This document shows positions 27,018 through 41,250 of a DNA stretch of 64,000 bases, piece after piece. This stretch comes from Eledone cirrhosa (Eukaryota), in NCBI GenBank assembly GCA_964016885.1, contig OZ024741.1, positions 98,828,001 to 98,892,000 on the forward strand, read 5' to 3'. The notes below the pieces were generated by a model. It ran no database searches, was not told the DNA's origin, and was given only the letters and a program-made list of their open reading frames with translations. Both the position numbers and the translations under genes were made by a program. How positions within the stretch are numbered: position 1 is the first letter of the stretch; every line of letters begins with the position of its first letter.

Positions 27018-27670
27018 AATAATTGTTTCTACTTTTGGCACAAGGCCAGCAATTATACAGTGCATTACTGGTACTTTATTTTATCGACCCCGTAAGGATG
27101 AAAGGCAAAGTTAACCTCGGCGGGATTTGAACACAGAATGGCAAGGGCCGTAACTCTATGCGTCAAAGCATGGCGTCCGACCTTCTACCGACACTGCCAA
27201 TCCCCCGCCGTTAGTAATAATTGTTTCTACTTTTGGCACAAGGCCAGCAATTATCCCAGTGTATTACTGGTACTTTATTTTATCGACCCCGTAAGGATGA
27301 AAGGCAAAGTTAACCTCGGCGGGATTTGAACTCAGATCATAATGGGCGGCAACTCTATGCTGCAAAGCATGGCGTTCGACCCTCTACCGAAACTGCCAAT
27401 CCACCGCCGTTAGTAATAATGATTTCTAATTTAAGCCCAAGGCAACTCAGAACATAAAGAGCCGTAACTAAATGCCATAAAAGCATTTTTTCAAATGCTC
27501 TAACGATTCTTCCAGTCTACCGCGTATATAGTAAAATAAATAACGGTTTCTGATTTAGGCACAAAGCCCACAAATTTGGGGGAGGGGAAACTCGTTTAAA
27601 TCGACCTCAGTGAGTGACTAGTACTTTATTTTATCGACCCCGTAGGCAAAGCTAACCTCAGCGGAATTTA
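27018..27670 (-). mobile_element. Tandem array of tRNA-SINEs: two full copies (27018-27210, 27217-27410) plus older partial copies
   Basis: Repeated aattgtttctacttttggcacaagg...ctgccaatcc.ccgcc units joined by gttagtaat. Confidence 0.9.
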
Positions 27671-28244
27671 GTAAGAAAATAATAACGGGAGGTAATACCC
27701 ACTCGTATGCAAAAAATTAAAGATGAATTTTAATGTTAATTTTACTGTAGTTTCATTTAGCTCCTGATGGCATTAACATTTTATTTAAACGCTCAATATC
27801 TACGCAATATGTATTAATACTTTACGTAATACATCATGTAAATACAGTTTAATAGAAAAAAATAAAAATATGAGAAAGAATGGAATGTAAAATAGATGAA
27901 TGGAAAGAAAAAAGAAAAAAAAACAAACAAAAAAACACGGAAAACGGGAGGGAAAGGCAAGGACTCTAGAATCACAGAATAGGGAGGGGAGAGGGGGATT
28001 AGGTTCTGGACATAGAGCGGGGAGGTAAAGGGGCTGCACCCCGCGGACAAGACAGCGAAAGCATTCCCGCGTACAATGGGTTCTTTGAAAAGATTTGTTT
28101 AACACTAAATAATTAACATTCTTTATTTCCAAAATAATTTCTGTCTTAGTCAAGTTAAACTACTTCATGATTCTTCTACAGTCGCACTTTGGCAACTTTT
28201 AATTTGTCACATTGTCACTGTTGTTCTTGTTGATGGTGAGAATT

Positions 28245-30225
28245 GTGTTGTTATTGCTCTTGTTGTTATTGTTCTTGTTGTTATTGCTCTTATTGTTATT
28301 GTTCTTGTTGTTATTGTTCTTGTTGTTATTGCTCTTGTTGTTATTGTTCTTGTTGTTATTGCTCTTGTTGTTATTGTTCTTGTTGTTATTGTTCTTGTTG
28401 TTATTGCTCTTGTTGTTATTGTTCTTGTTGTTATTGCTCTTGTTGTTATTGTTCTTGTTGTTATTGCTCTTATTGTTATTGTTCTTGTTGTTATTGTTCT
28501 TGTTGTTATTGCTCTTGTTGTTATTGTTCTTGTTGTTATTGCTCTTGTTGTTATTGTTCTTGTTGTTATTGTTCTTGTTGTTATTGCTCTTGTTGTTATT
28601 GGTGTTGTTGTTATTGTTCTTGTTGTTATTGCTCTTGTTGTTATTGTTCTTGTTGTTATTGCTCTTGTTGTTATTGTTCTTGTTGTTATTGTTCTTGTTG
28701 TTATTGTTCTTGTTGTTATTGCTCTTGTTGTTATTGGTGTTGTTGTTATTGTTCTTGTTGTTATTGTTCTTGTTGTTATTGTTCTTGTTGTTATTGCTCT
28801 TGTTGTTATTGTTCTTGTTGTTATTGTTCTTGTTGTTATTGTTCTTGTTGTTATTGCTCTTGTTGTTATTGTTCTTGTTGTTATTGTTCTTGTTGTTATT
28901 GCTCTTGTTGTTATTGTTCTTGTTGTTATTGTTCTTGTTGTTATTGCTCCTGTTGTTATTGTTCTTGTTGTTATTGTTCTTGTTGTTATTGTTCTTGTTG
29001 TTATTGCTCCTGTTGTTATTGTTCTTGTTGTTATTGCTCCTGTTGTTATTGTTCTTGTTGTTATTGTTCTTGTTGTTATTGTTCTTGTTGTTATTGTTCT
29101 TGTTGTTATTGCTCTTGTTGTTATTGTTCTTGTTGTTATTGCTCCTGTTGTTATTGTTCTTGTTGTTATTGTTCTTGTTGTTATTGTTCTTGTTATTGTT
29201 CTTGTTGTTATTGTTCTTGTTGTTATTGCTCCTGTTGTTATTGTTCTTGTTGTTATTGTTCTTGTTGTTATTGTTATTGTTGTTATTGTTCTTGTTGTTA
29301 TTGTTCTTGTTGTTATTGTTCTTGTTGTTATTGTTCTTTTTGTTATTGTTCTTGTTGTTATTGCTCTTGTTGTTATTGTTCTTGTTGTTATTGTTCTTGT
29401 TGTTATTGCTCTTGTTGTTATTGTTCTTGTTATTATTGTTCTTGTTGTTATTGTTCTTGTTGTTATTGTTCTTGTTGTTATTGCTCCTGTTGTTATTGTT
29501 CTTGTTGTTATTGCTCCTGTTGTTATTGTTCTTGTTGTTATTGTTCTTGTTGTTATTGTTCTTGTTGTTATTGTTCGTGTTGTTATTGCTCCTGTTGTTA
29601 TTGTTCTTGTTGTTATTGTTCTTGTTGTTATTGTTCTTGTTGTTATTGTTCTTGTTGTTATTGTTCTTGTTGTTATTGCTCTTGTTGTTATTGTTCTTGT
29701 TGTTATTGTTCTTGTTGTTATTGTTCTTGTTGTTATTGCTCTTGTTGTTATTGGTGTTGTTGTTATTGTTCTTGTTGTTATTGTTCTTGTTGTTATTGTT
29801 CTTGTTGTTATTGTTCTTGTTGTTATTGCTCCTGTTGTTATTGTTCTTGTTGTTATTGCTCCTGTTGTTATTGTTCTTGTTGTTATTGTTCTTGTTGTTA
29901 TTGTTCTTGTTATTGTTCTTGTTGTTATTGTTCTTGTTGTTATTGCTCCTGTTGTTATTGTTCTTGTTGTTATTGCTCCTGTTGTTATTGTTCTTGTTGT
30001 TATTGTTCTTGTTGTTATTGTTCTTGTTGTTATTGTTCGTGTTGTTATTGCTCCTGTTGTTATTGTTCTTGTTGTTATTGTTCTTGTTGTTATTGTTCTT
30101 GTTGTTATTGTTCTTGTTGTTATTGTTCTTGTTGTTATTGTTCTTGTTATTGTTCTTGTTGTTATTGTTCTTGTTGTTATTGCTCCTGTTGTTATTGCTC
30201 CTGTTGTAATTGGTGTTGTTGTTAT
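28245..30225. repeat. About 2-kb minisatellite of 15-bp units (gttcttgttgttatt with gctc, gctcc and ggtg variants)
   Basis: Directly visible. It produces stop-free poly-NNNNK, poly-LLLLF and CCYCS frames. Confidence 0.97.
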
Positions 30226-30279
30226 TGTTGTTAATGTGATTGTTGTTGTTGTTGATGTGATTGTTGTTGTTGTTGTTGA

Positions 30280-30361
30280 TGTTTCTCATACAAATATTGC
30301 TATTCTTGTTATTGTTTTTATTCTGGAGGTGATGGCTGACGTTTCTGTTGCAAATATTTGC

Positions 30362-30408
<47 letters not shown>

Positions 30409-30425
30409 CTGCTGCAAACACCGTT

Positions 30426-30465
<40 letters not shown>

Positions 30466-30589
30466 CTGCTGCAAACACCGTTATTGTTGTTGTTGTTGTT
30501 GTTGCTTTATGTTTCTGATGCAAACACCGTTGTTGTTGTTGTTGTTGTTGTTGTCGTTGTTGTTTTATGTTTCTGCGGCAAACACCGTT

Positions 30590-30632
<43 letters not shown>

Positions 30633-30660
30633 CTACTGCAAATATTGCTATTCCTGTCCT
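30280..30660. repeat. Imperfect repeats of gtttctgctgcaaacaccgtta separated by (TTG)n
   Basis: Directly visible, several units. Confidence 0.85.
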
Positions 30661-33600
30661 TCATGATATTAATTGTTGTTGTTAATATTCTTATTGTTGT
30701 TGCTAGTGATAATGTTGTTGTTATTACTGTTGAAGCTATTGTTATTCCATTATAAAGATGGTGTCGTTGTTTAGTTTGCAGTTATTGTTCTCGAGGCTAT
30801 TAAGTAACATTCAGTAATATACAATAGTTATTGATTGCAGCATGTTATGTTGTTTGTATTGTATTTTACTTAACATCTTGTAATGATGTGAATGAAATGG
30901 AAGCTGAAGAAGGCCGGCAAACTGTTGCAACAGGAATAGAAAAGAATAGTTAAATAGAAATCTTCGAAAAACAAAAATAATAAATGATGCTAAACAGCGT
31001 GATTTTCTGAAATACAGGCTTGTCACAGCCAACAGCACTGGGCTGCTAACAAAATGTATGAATTACAGGAGGAAAACCCACTCAATATGTGGATGGAGTC
31101 GGAAATAAAGGATTGCTTGCGATAGCTTGATGAGAGATTCTTAATTCTAAAATCAAAAGAAATATACAAAGAGATAATATAATATACTTCTGTCCAGGTG
31201 TAAGTGCCTTTGTTGATAAAGCTACAGAGCAAATGTTTAGGAGAATTTCAGTGATTACCGAAAAGTATATAATGAAATTCATGTGAGTCTCTACGGCAAC
31301 AGCAGCTATATATTCGTCTTCCTGGGGTGTGTTCAGTATTGTCTTGAGGATAGGTAAAATTATGTTTGTATACTACATTATATTCGCATTGTTTGGGGAA
31401 TTGTTTTATTTATTTATTTATTTTTGTGTGTACTTTTAGTGTTTCCTCTATTTTGATGAAGTGTGTCTGCAATGTGAACAGTGTGTTTTCTATTTTTGTT
31501 TTGTTTTGGTTAGGTTTTTGTGTGTGTGGGGTGGGAGACGTATAGGCTGCGTGATTGATGTCTTTTAATGTCTGACTGAGATTGTATAGTGTGTGTGTGT
31601 GCTGCATGAACTGGATGACACTGGTGAAGAACGTAATCATTACATCATAGCAGAAGTTTTGTTTGAAATTGTTTATTTGCAACGTGTCATCCTTATCACA
31701 TCTAGACGTAATTTTATTAAGGGAAATCATAGAGTGTCTACAACTTTAGGTGGTTAGATACGTCAACAAATTAGATAATACACATGTAGTTAGACATGGA
31801 TTCATTTACTGGAAACAAAACAAATCGTGTCAGCACAGAAAACTTACAGAGGCAGGATTAACGATTTAATTAACAGGAAATTGAGATGAGTATCAATAAC
31901 CCATGATAGATTTCTCTAAGGAGACACACTATGAGTTATTAGTGAAGAATCGATATGGGTATTAATATGGTATTGGTGTGGTTTAGAAAAGATGTAGTGT
32001 TAAAAAACAATTAAACAGTGCTGACCTAGTTAACAGGATACAATAGGCTATTAGGAAAAACGTTGCAACCGAGGCGCAAGTGACGAAAGTGGCATTTGAT
32101 CATTTCTTTATTTTGTTTTTACGAAAGTTGAGCTGTCTGGTCGCTCTGGTCACGGTAAATGTCTTTTTGAACTGTTAGGAACAGGTAGCATTCCGATAAT
32201 GTGAATAGGAGAATGATGACTCTACTGAGAAAGAATACGAACAAAGGAGACGCCATTGATATTTTCAGGCTAATCCCTCTGAGTTAAAGATATCGACCAA
32301 GTTTCTAGCAACAAAATTTGGCCCTTGTCGTCGACTTGCGCACATCCATGCATTATAACATATCTGTCTAGAACGACTTCCATCTAATACGATGCATCGT
32401 AGAGAAAGGGGATAGTAAATTTGTCTTCGATGATGTTCTTCTGAGCTTACACTCTTTACTCGAGTTTGGATTGCTTACATGTACAATAGCGTCTGTTCAC
32501 TGGTCAGATTAAATGGTCATCTATCAGGAATGTACTATATTGTTAGCAACATTAGGTAAAATACGATATTATAATTATTTCTTTTTTTATTATTATTTTT
32601 TTTTTTAGTTTTTTTTTAGTAGAAAGGACAGTCATATCTTATCTTTTCAATACCAACAGCTTGAAATGTCGGGACACAGGGGTTGAAGATACGAAAGCAT
32701 GCAGTGTGTCTACGACATTTATAGGGATGTTATGACCGTGAACAAGTGAAGAAATGTCACCGATCACGAAGATGATGATAATGAAGAGAGGAGGTGGAGT
32801 AGGGGGAGGAGGGGAGAAGAAGAAGAAGAAGAAGAAGAAGAAGAAGAAGAAGAAGAAGAAGAAGAAGAAGAAGAAGAAGAAGATGTAATTCAATATTTAA
32901 AGAGGTGGAGGAGGAGATCTGGAGGAAATGATTCTGTTATTATTTAATATTCGCTATGGTAAACGTGGGTGTATACGTGTGGGTTTGTGGGCCAGTGTGT
33001 CCCCATACATATGTGTCTCTCTGTGAGTGCGTGTAACGTTCTTTTTCTAGTCCAGTTGTTAGTTTTGTTTTAAAAGCGCCAACACTGCAAACCCTCACGC
33101 ACACAGCCCCTCAGCACTATTCCCTGTTCAGTGTACCCGAGGGATAGACCAATACTGTCCAAAAGGATGAGTTGTATATGAGTGGATGTGAGAGAAAATG
33201 TGAGAGGGAGAGACAGAGTGTGTGTGTATGTGTGTGTATGTAAGTGTGTGTGTGGAAGTGTGTGTATGTGTGTGTATGTAAGTGTGCGTATGTGTGTGTA
33301 TGTGTGTGTGTAAGTGTGTGTGTGTGTAAGTGTGTATGTGTGTATATGTAAGTGTGTGAGTGTGTGTGTGTAAGTGTGTATGTGTGTGTGTAAGTGTGTG
33401 TGTGTGTGTGACATGAAAGTGACAGTTCATTAGATGGTAGAGAGTTGATGGGTATTCTAATGGGAGATAGGATAAGATTATGGATTAAAGCGTGTCGTTG
33501 TCTTAAGTCACTCAGATTGATGCCCCAACTGCACTGGGAACTACAAGATGGGTTCGTTCACAGCTAATACTTTGTTAATTTCTCCTAATCCATGGTCCTC

Positions 33601-33896
33601 TTTGGTTTATTGACCTTTTAAGACATCGAGAGAGCGAGTGAGAGAATGGGGAGAGAGTTAGTGAAATTCAGCGGGTATAGTGGATGGTGTAATGGATAGA
33701 CGTATAGATGTGTTAGATGCTGAGAAGAGAATAGGGGACGTACAATGGGAAAGAGGTGGAAGTGACTTGCAAAGGAATATAACAAATAGAGAATGGTAGG
33801 GTGGAAGGGATTAGGTAGAAAGGGATAATAAAGAAAGGACGATAGATAGATAGATACATAGATAGATAGATAATAGATAGATAGATAGATATATAG

Positions 33897-33995
<99 letters not shown>

Positions 33996-34352
33996 TTTGA
34001 AAGGAGAGCAAGGTTGTTAGATGGATGACTACAGAGCTACATAGAGAGATACACATAGTATATAGGAAAGAAAAAGTACAATGGAAAAAGGAAAACCTAA
34101 GCGTGTGCCTACGTTCGTGTGCGTACATGTATGTCTATGTATGCGTGTATGTATATATATATATTTATGTATATATGTATATATTTATATATATATATAC
34201 ATATATACATATATATATATAGGTATGTATATATATATATATATATATATGTGTATATATATGTGTGTGTGTGTATATATATATATGTATATATATATGT
34301 ATATATATGTATATGTATGTATATATATGTATATATACACACACACATATAT

Positions 34353-34426
<74 letters not shown>

Positions 34427-34488
34427 TACATTTATACAATTTATACACACACATATATATATATATGTGTATATATATACATGTATGC

Positions 34489-34549
<61 letters not shown>

Positions 34550-34582
34550 ATTAGAATGATTTATATATATATATATAATATA

Positions 34583-34625
<43 letters not shown>

Positions 34626-35922
34626 ATTATATATATATATAATTAGAATGATTTATATATATATATAATATATAATTATATATATATATATATATAACAT
34701 ATAATTATATATATATATAATTATATATATATATAATTAGAATGATAAACAAATAGATAGACCAGATAGATGGAAAAAGTATCATAAATAAATAATATTA
34801 GAGAAAGAAAAAATATATTATAAAGTTCCAAGAATAATAGTTATAAGAGAAGAATAGGATAAATTGAAGACAGTTTGAGGAAAGTGAAAAATGAAAGGAG
34901 GCGAGAAATCTAAAAGGATGTGTGTGTGTGTGTGATGGGACGAGGGTTTTTAAATAAACAGAGCAGTCATAGATAAACTAATATTTAAGCGGATGTGATG
35001 TGACATAAGACATGATGCGAAAGAGCCCTGAGTCATCCACAAACAAAATATAAATCATCAATTGACTTTGAAATAATAATAATAATTTCTAATATAGACA
35101 CAAGATCACGAATTTGGGGGCCTGGGACTTATCGATTACATTGCCGCCAATACTCGAGAGATGCTTTATTTTTTCGAAATATCAAAGGCAAAACTCATAT
35201 TGTTTTTGTTTTTTTCCAAGTGTAGTGGATTAAATGGCATTACTGAGATGGGTTAAAAAAATTGTGGCAAGCTTAGACTGAAATCGAATGAAATGAAAAG
35301 TGACAGTATATATATTATAAAAACTATAGATTTCCGAGGGAAGACATTCACATAGAGTCAACCAATGAACCCTGGTAGATCCAGGATTAACATGAAAAGC
35401 AGAAGTGGCCTTTTCTTGTATTCTTTGGTCTACAGGCGCATATCAAAAGTACACATTCGAGTACATGCTCAGCCTTTAAATAAATATATTGAAATGTAGT
35501 ACCTCTCTCTCCGGCCTCAACTTTCTCTGCAAGTAAAACATAAATAAGTCGATGACGGTTTAGTCGAAGAGAAACATGTCTGTCCTCAGTCCATTAAATC
35601 TCTTTCGTCATATCCACTAGATTGACTTCCCTTTCCCGTTAAAAAAAATGGTGGTGAGGCGATTTTTCTGACCACCATAACTCCCCAAGTCATCAATGGA
35701 CGGACACTGAACAACTGATTTCATGCACAGACATGAGTGATTTCATATATAGACACAAGAAAGAGATATAAGGGATTTGTTTAGCATCATTACTTATATC
35801 TGAGATAAATAACAATTCTATTGTCGATTTGTTATCAACTTCAGGAATGAATAGATAAGTATATAAAAACATACAATAATAATATACAACAGCAAAATTA
35901 TCAAATATATATAATTTAACAT

Positions 35923-36102
35923 AATTGTTTCTACTTTTGGCTCAAGGCCAAAGTGTATTACTGGTACTTTATGTTATCGAACTCGTAAGGATGAAAGGCA
36001 AAGTTAACCTTGGCGTGATTTGAACTCAGACCATAAAGGGCCGTAACTCTTTGCTGCAAAGCATGGCGTCCGACTCTCTACTGATACTGCCAATCCACCG
36101 CC
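35923..36102 (-). mobile_element. tRNA-SINE copy
   Basis: Same family as 15924-16106, with a small deletion. Confidence 0.88.
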
Positions 36103-36299
36103 TTTTAAATAATAAAGATAGAACATTCCACCCTGACAGGGGTAACAACCGATCAGCCAGTTACGATAACGGTAGGCAATGAAATTGACATTCTGACACT
36201 TCTTGAAACTAATATACTGAAAAAGGCCTTTTGAGCATTTTTACATTTGAACTGAGCAATAAATCTCCAACGTCTCAGTAGTTGCTCATTAGCTGATCA

Positions 36300-37080
36300 T
36301 AGACTATTAGTGTGATTTTAACGAAATATTCCACAAGATCGGAATTAATCACTTCTTCACACAATACCTTACTAATCCCTTCTTTTTCCTTCAGCTCTTT
36401 CAGCAGCCCTCTCAGTTCTTCCTCCTTTTATTTTTTTTTTCTGTGAGAACTGCGCATTTAATACAGTCCCAGGGAGAGATGGACTTATCGTTTGTTTTTT
36501 ACCGCATTTCTCTGCTGGTGTGCTCTATTTTTAATGGTGAGGTGGGGTGGCTTTTTGTTTCTTGTTATTTCTACTAGGAATGTTATTCTAGACGCTTGCC
36601 ATTCCGACTGATTTTTCATCTCGACTGGTCCTGATAACAGCAACCTCAAGGGTCTGTTATTGTTACTGCTGTTCTTCATAGCGCCACTATTCCTTCTGCC
36701 CTTTAAATGATCTTTACTGCTCCATGCTACTAGCTGAAACTTCTTTCCTGAACAACTAGTAATAAAGTATTTCTCTCGAAACATTACAGTGTACAACTCC
36801 GGAATTATTTTGTGGTATTGTAAGTTCTTCAGGACAACATATCGCCAAAAAGCACCTCGGCACCGACTATACGCATATTGTGCCACTAAAATAACTTCAA
36901 GCAGTATGTCAACATCGTCTCCGAGGTCTTTTACGTTGACTCTCATTTGTGTTCATCCTAAATGTTGTGAGATCTGATTAAAGGAAGCGGAGACACACTA
37001 ACTCAACTTGTCTACTGGCTCCGTTCGCAGTTTTCAAAGCAAGGCATTCATTTATTACCATATATTCTTTCTCATCCGGT
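36300..37080 (-). pseudogene. Possible decayed ORF1 of an L1/Tx1-like element
   Basis: MRVNVKDLGDDVDILLEVILVA...KIIPELYTV loosely parallels LKIRVTHVPPTIEIPWLMATVLA...EEIPEVIDL in ORF 52425-53357. Confidence 0.3.
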
Positions 37081-37574
37081 TTAGACGATCTCAATCCACG
37101 CATAGTGTGTGTGTGTGTGTTTACAAGTTGTTATATGTGGGTGTATGAATGTATGTATAAAATTGTATCTGTTGTGTGTACGTTTTAATGTAATGAAATT
37201 TTCCGAGGTAGCATTCATTTCCCTGGAAAACTAAAATAATTTAAAACAGACTGAGATCTTGTGAAAGAGAACATGACCCACACCATCAGATTTCCTACAT
37301 AATCAGCCTTCCTTACGACACACGTGCGTGCACGCACTGACAAACAAGCAAACACATACAGACATACGTACTTATACTATATTAACTCTAACATACCTAT
37401 TTCTCAATGTCACTCAGCATATATTATAGAAGACACACGCACAGACACACACACAGACACACACACAGACAAATATATATTAACCCTGTACTATTTAATC
37501 ACATACTCTCGAGATTTTCTCGCAAGCCATTTAAATTTGATACCCATCTTACAACACGCACCACGTGCGCGTGC

Positions 37575-37606
<32 letters not shown>

Positions 37607-38249
37607 TTGTGTATGACTACCTAATCTATTTCACACACATCCCACAGTCTCATGAAACACACTCCACCACACAGGCACGCACTCACAAACACATGCACAA
37701 ATACATACAAACAATTGGGCTAGCTCTTATCTTTCTAACTACCCACCACGCATTCTGACTGCCAGCACTCAAACCACACAAAAATAATAACGCACGCGTG
37801 CACACACAGACACATAGACACACACACACACATGCACACACACATATCATACAAATGCACGCATAAGCACACACGCAACACCTACAGCAATATATCGCGG
37901 TCATTTCCTATCACCCAGTCTGTAAACCCCTTCTAATATATCTACTCTAGCATGGACTTTTCCCAACACCCACTCTATCACACTTCATTTCACTGGACTC
38001 CCACCCTAAAAAGACTAACCCTACAATCGTCATTCTCTTTGCAACGAATGTCTTTCACTATTACTCGACGCCATCGAACTTACTGTTAGTTTTTTCTAAT
38101 GACATATTTAAATGGAGTTAATGAAATCACCGCTGCGTAATTCCTGTAAGCAAAATTTTAATTTCCTGCCCAGTCCAGCCTTTCTGGTTGTCTTTGAGTT
38201 TCAGGCCGCATTAGCGAATATATTTTGCATACGTGTGTCATATAGTGTC

Positions 38250-38320
<71 letters not shown>

Positions 38321-38323
<3 letters not shown>

Positions 38324-38376
38324 ATCCCGTTAAGGGTGAAAGCAGCGATTCTTTGTTTAATCTGTTATTTTAATAA

Positions 38377-38380
<4 letters not shown>
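38321..38380 (+). repeat. Family B hammerhead-like fragment in (TA)n
   Basis: aagatcccgttaagggtgaaagcagcgattctttg...taatctgttattttaataaat matches 14366-14431. Confidence 0.75.
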
Positions 38381-38460
<80 letters not shown>

Positions 38461-38465
<5 letters not shown>

Positions 38466-38723
38466 CGTTTTTGAATTTGTTTAGCAAGATTCCATATCTG
38501 AAAACTTGTGTTGAAACCGATATTGTTATACTTTGGGAATCTCCAGTCACTGAGGAGGTCACAGAATGTGTGACGAAAGAACTTTGACAATATGTGAACA
38601 ACCATCCGGTTATAGAACCAACCAACCAACCGGAAATTTATAATAAATTGAAGTGAAAACAATTGGTGCGTGTTTCTTATTGGTTTCTTATTGTCAACAT
38701 GACCCTCCAAAAGTATAACAATA
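38461..38723 (+). mobile_element. Family A copy: inverted 3' piece (38461-38536) joined to a forward hammerhead-bearing arm
   Basis: Both parts match the 11.5-12.1 kb palindrome. Motif gtca CTGAGGA g gtcac agaatgt gtgac GAAA gaac TT tgac at ~38546-38588. Confidence 0.8.
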
Positions 38724-38812
38724 TATATATATACATATATATATACATATATATATACATATATATACATATATATTCATATATATGTATATCCACATAT
38801 ATATATCCACAC

Positions 38813-38867
<55 letters not shown>

Positions 38868-39492
38868 ATATATATATATACACACATATATATATATACA
38901 CACACACACGTATAGATATAGATATATATGTGCGCATACGTGTCTGTATATGATTGCCTATTTGTTTTCATTGAGAGTGTCACATCATAATTGATGCCTT
39001 GGTTGCTGATTTATGGGACTGAAACATTGTTTTTGCTATTCTTGATAATACAATTGTTTGGCAGTGTTTACCTTATTGATGTTAATGTTTCAAAGAACAG
39101 GATGATCAAGGATGTATTATCATCTCCATGTCTGACGCCTTCGCCCTCTTGCCCCAACACACACACACACACACACATACACACACATACATATACGCAC
39201 TTACAGACACACATATATATATGAGTATATATATATATATGAATATATGTGTATAGAGATAGATAGATAGATAGATAGATAAGATAGATAGATAGATAGA
39301 TAGATAGATATAGATATAGTGTTGGTAGTACGGTGAAATACTGGTGTTAGTACCAAATCAAGCACTCTATATGTGTATATAATAGAAAAAAAATGACGAA
39401 GTTTCGTGTACATATGTAAATGAAACCTCCTCGTTTTTTCTATTATATATATATGTATAATATATTCTATTATATATATGTGTGTGTGTTTA

Positions 39493-39549
<57 letters not shown>

Positions 39550-39977
39550 ACAAACACACTCACAGACGCACACAAGTAATTCAATTTCAGATATCTTATA
39601 CCTGGATTATTCACACAGAATGTTATCTCAGACAAATGATATTGGTGAACGTTGATCAAAGAGTTGGTTGCACCTAGAAAGATTTGTTGCTGTCCTTGAA
39701 ATGCGAAACAAAAAATATTCAACCACAAAGAGAAGGAATCTCGTCTATTTTTATTTTGTGTGAACTTCACTGTTTTTTTTAGCATAAGGAACCTTTATAC
39801 TCCATCAAACTCTTCACTTTTGCACTCATTTTTCTGCCTTCTATTCCTATAAATATAAATACATGTTCTGGGTATATTTTCTTCAATTTTTACGTGTAAA
39901 AGCATCTATATATGTACATGTGTATAAATGTGGGTGAAAAGAAGATAGGTATTTTTGATACAACGGTAAGTAGAATG

Positions 39978-40082
39978 GGTGACGAAAGAACTTTGACAAT
40001 ATGTGAACAACCATCCGGTTATAGAACCAACCAACCAACCGGAAATTTATAATAAATTGAAGTGAAAACAACTGGTGCGTGT
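39978..40082 (+). repeat. Family A fragment truncated inside the hammerhead
   Basis: gtgacgaaagaactttgacaatatgtgaacaaccatccgg... is nearly identical to 38570-38672. Confidence 0.85.
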
Positions 40083-40186
40083 CGATAGATAGATAGATAG
40101 GTAGGTGGTTAGTTAGCTAGATTAATATATATATATAGAGAGAGAGAGGATGGAGAGAGAGATAGACAGAGTGAGACAGAGAGAGT

Positions 40187-40259
<73 letters not shown>

Positions 40260-40489
40260 TGTTTTAGAATTTTTCCCATCAAAATGGAACTTAATATATA
40301 AAGAGAATACATAAAACGTTGAAAAGCACTGGTTGGTTAGCAAGATATATTTGCTGACGTTATAACCATTGTTTGAAAGCTGATAAAATGGAAAACACCT
40401 TTTGGCGCTGGCGTAGTAAATATAATCATATGTAAATAGTTTCTAAAAACTAATACGATAAATATATGAAACATCCAATGTTATGAAAA

Positions 40490-41250
40490 CAATACATATG
40501 CATTTGTAGAAATGATAGATAATAAAAGAGTGCAAAGGGGCTTATTCCAAATGGTTAAAGAGCGATGATCTCTGAAAATTACAGACGAAATAAAATGCGA
40601 TCTTGATAATATGGTTATGTCATTTTAACCATTTCCATTTAAACTAGAACCTAAGTTCATTGCCAAATTCTATAAACATTCACGCAACACCGAACAAATC
40701 TAGCCATTTTTATGGAACAGACAGAAACACATATTATAGACTATTGCCAACAACATTACTAATATTTACAAAAGAATTCATATTAATGCATATAATTCCA
40801 TAAAACTCGATGCCAAATTCATAGCCACTAGCCATTAAATATAAGTCAACATTTAATATTTATCATTACATACATAATACATCACATTTAAAGATCATAA
40901 AGACAATTTTATTATTAGTAACCAGAAAGCTATAGAGCAGGTTAATTAACTCTATTAGAACAATCTAGTTATAGTTCGAAAGCACATACTAGAAAATATC
41001 ATACAATATATCATACATAGAACAATACATGAAATCTCCTTTTGACTGTGAAATAACAGTGATTAACAATATAGGGGATTATTGACATCAACGGCAAACA
41101 ACATTGCAAATTGATGCAAATTGATACACTATAGTATTATCCTTTTATAACTAAACATCTTTTTCCTAAAAACATAACTTTCGTTAGCAATTTTAAGCTA
41201 GTTAGGGAATTTGACATCAGGATCATTTTCCATTACAAGCGATAAACAAT
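40490..41250 (+). pseudogene. Decayed Penelope-like element RT, Naiad/Chlamys-type motifs
   Basis: Frameshifted remnants LLP.NITNIYK, KLDAKFIA, IT(L)KDHKDNF, RLINS, KHILENI and CKLMQIDT..YYPFITKHL occur in the order expected for this PLE group (recalled consensus ITLKDHKENF...RLINP...FDI..FYPSI). Confidence 0.65.

Noticed and set aside
30280-30660. CRISPR-like repeat-spacer pattern
   Set aside because: The spacers are (TTG)n runs, the context is eukaryotic and there are no cas genes.
28199-30664. 821-aa Asn/Lys ORF and the overlapping 665-aa Leu and 663-aa Cys-rich ORFs
   Set aside because: They are translations of a 15-bp minisatellite open in several frames on both strands, with no domain or splice evidence.
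30880-32520. Coding-like unique sequence, possible host exons
   Set aside because: No sustained frame, recognisable domain or convincing splice pair.
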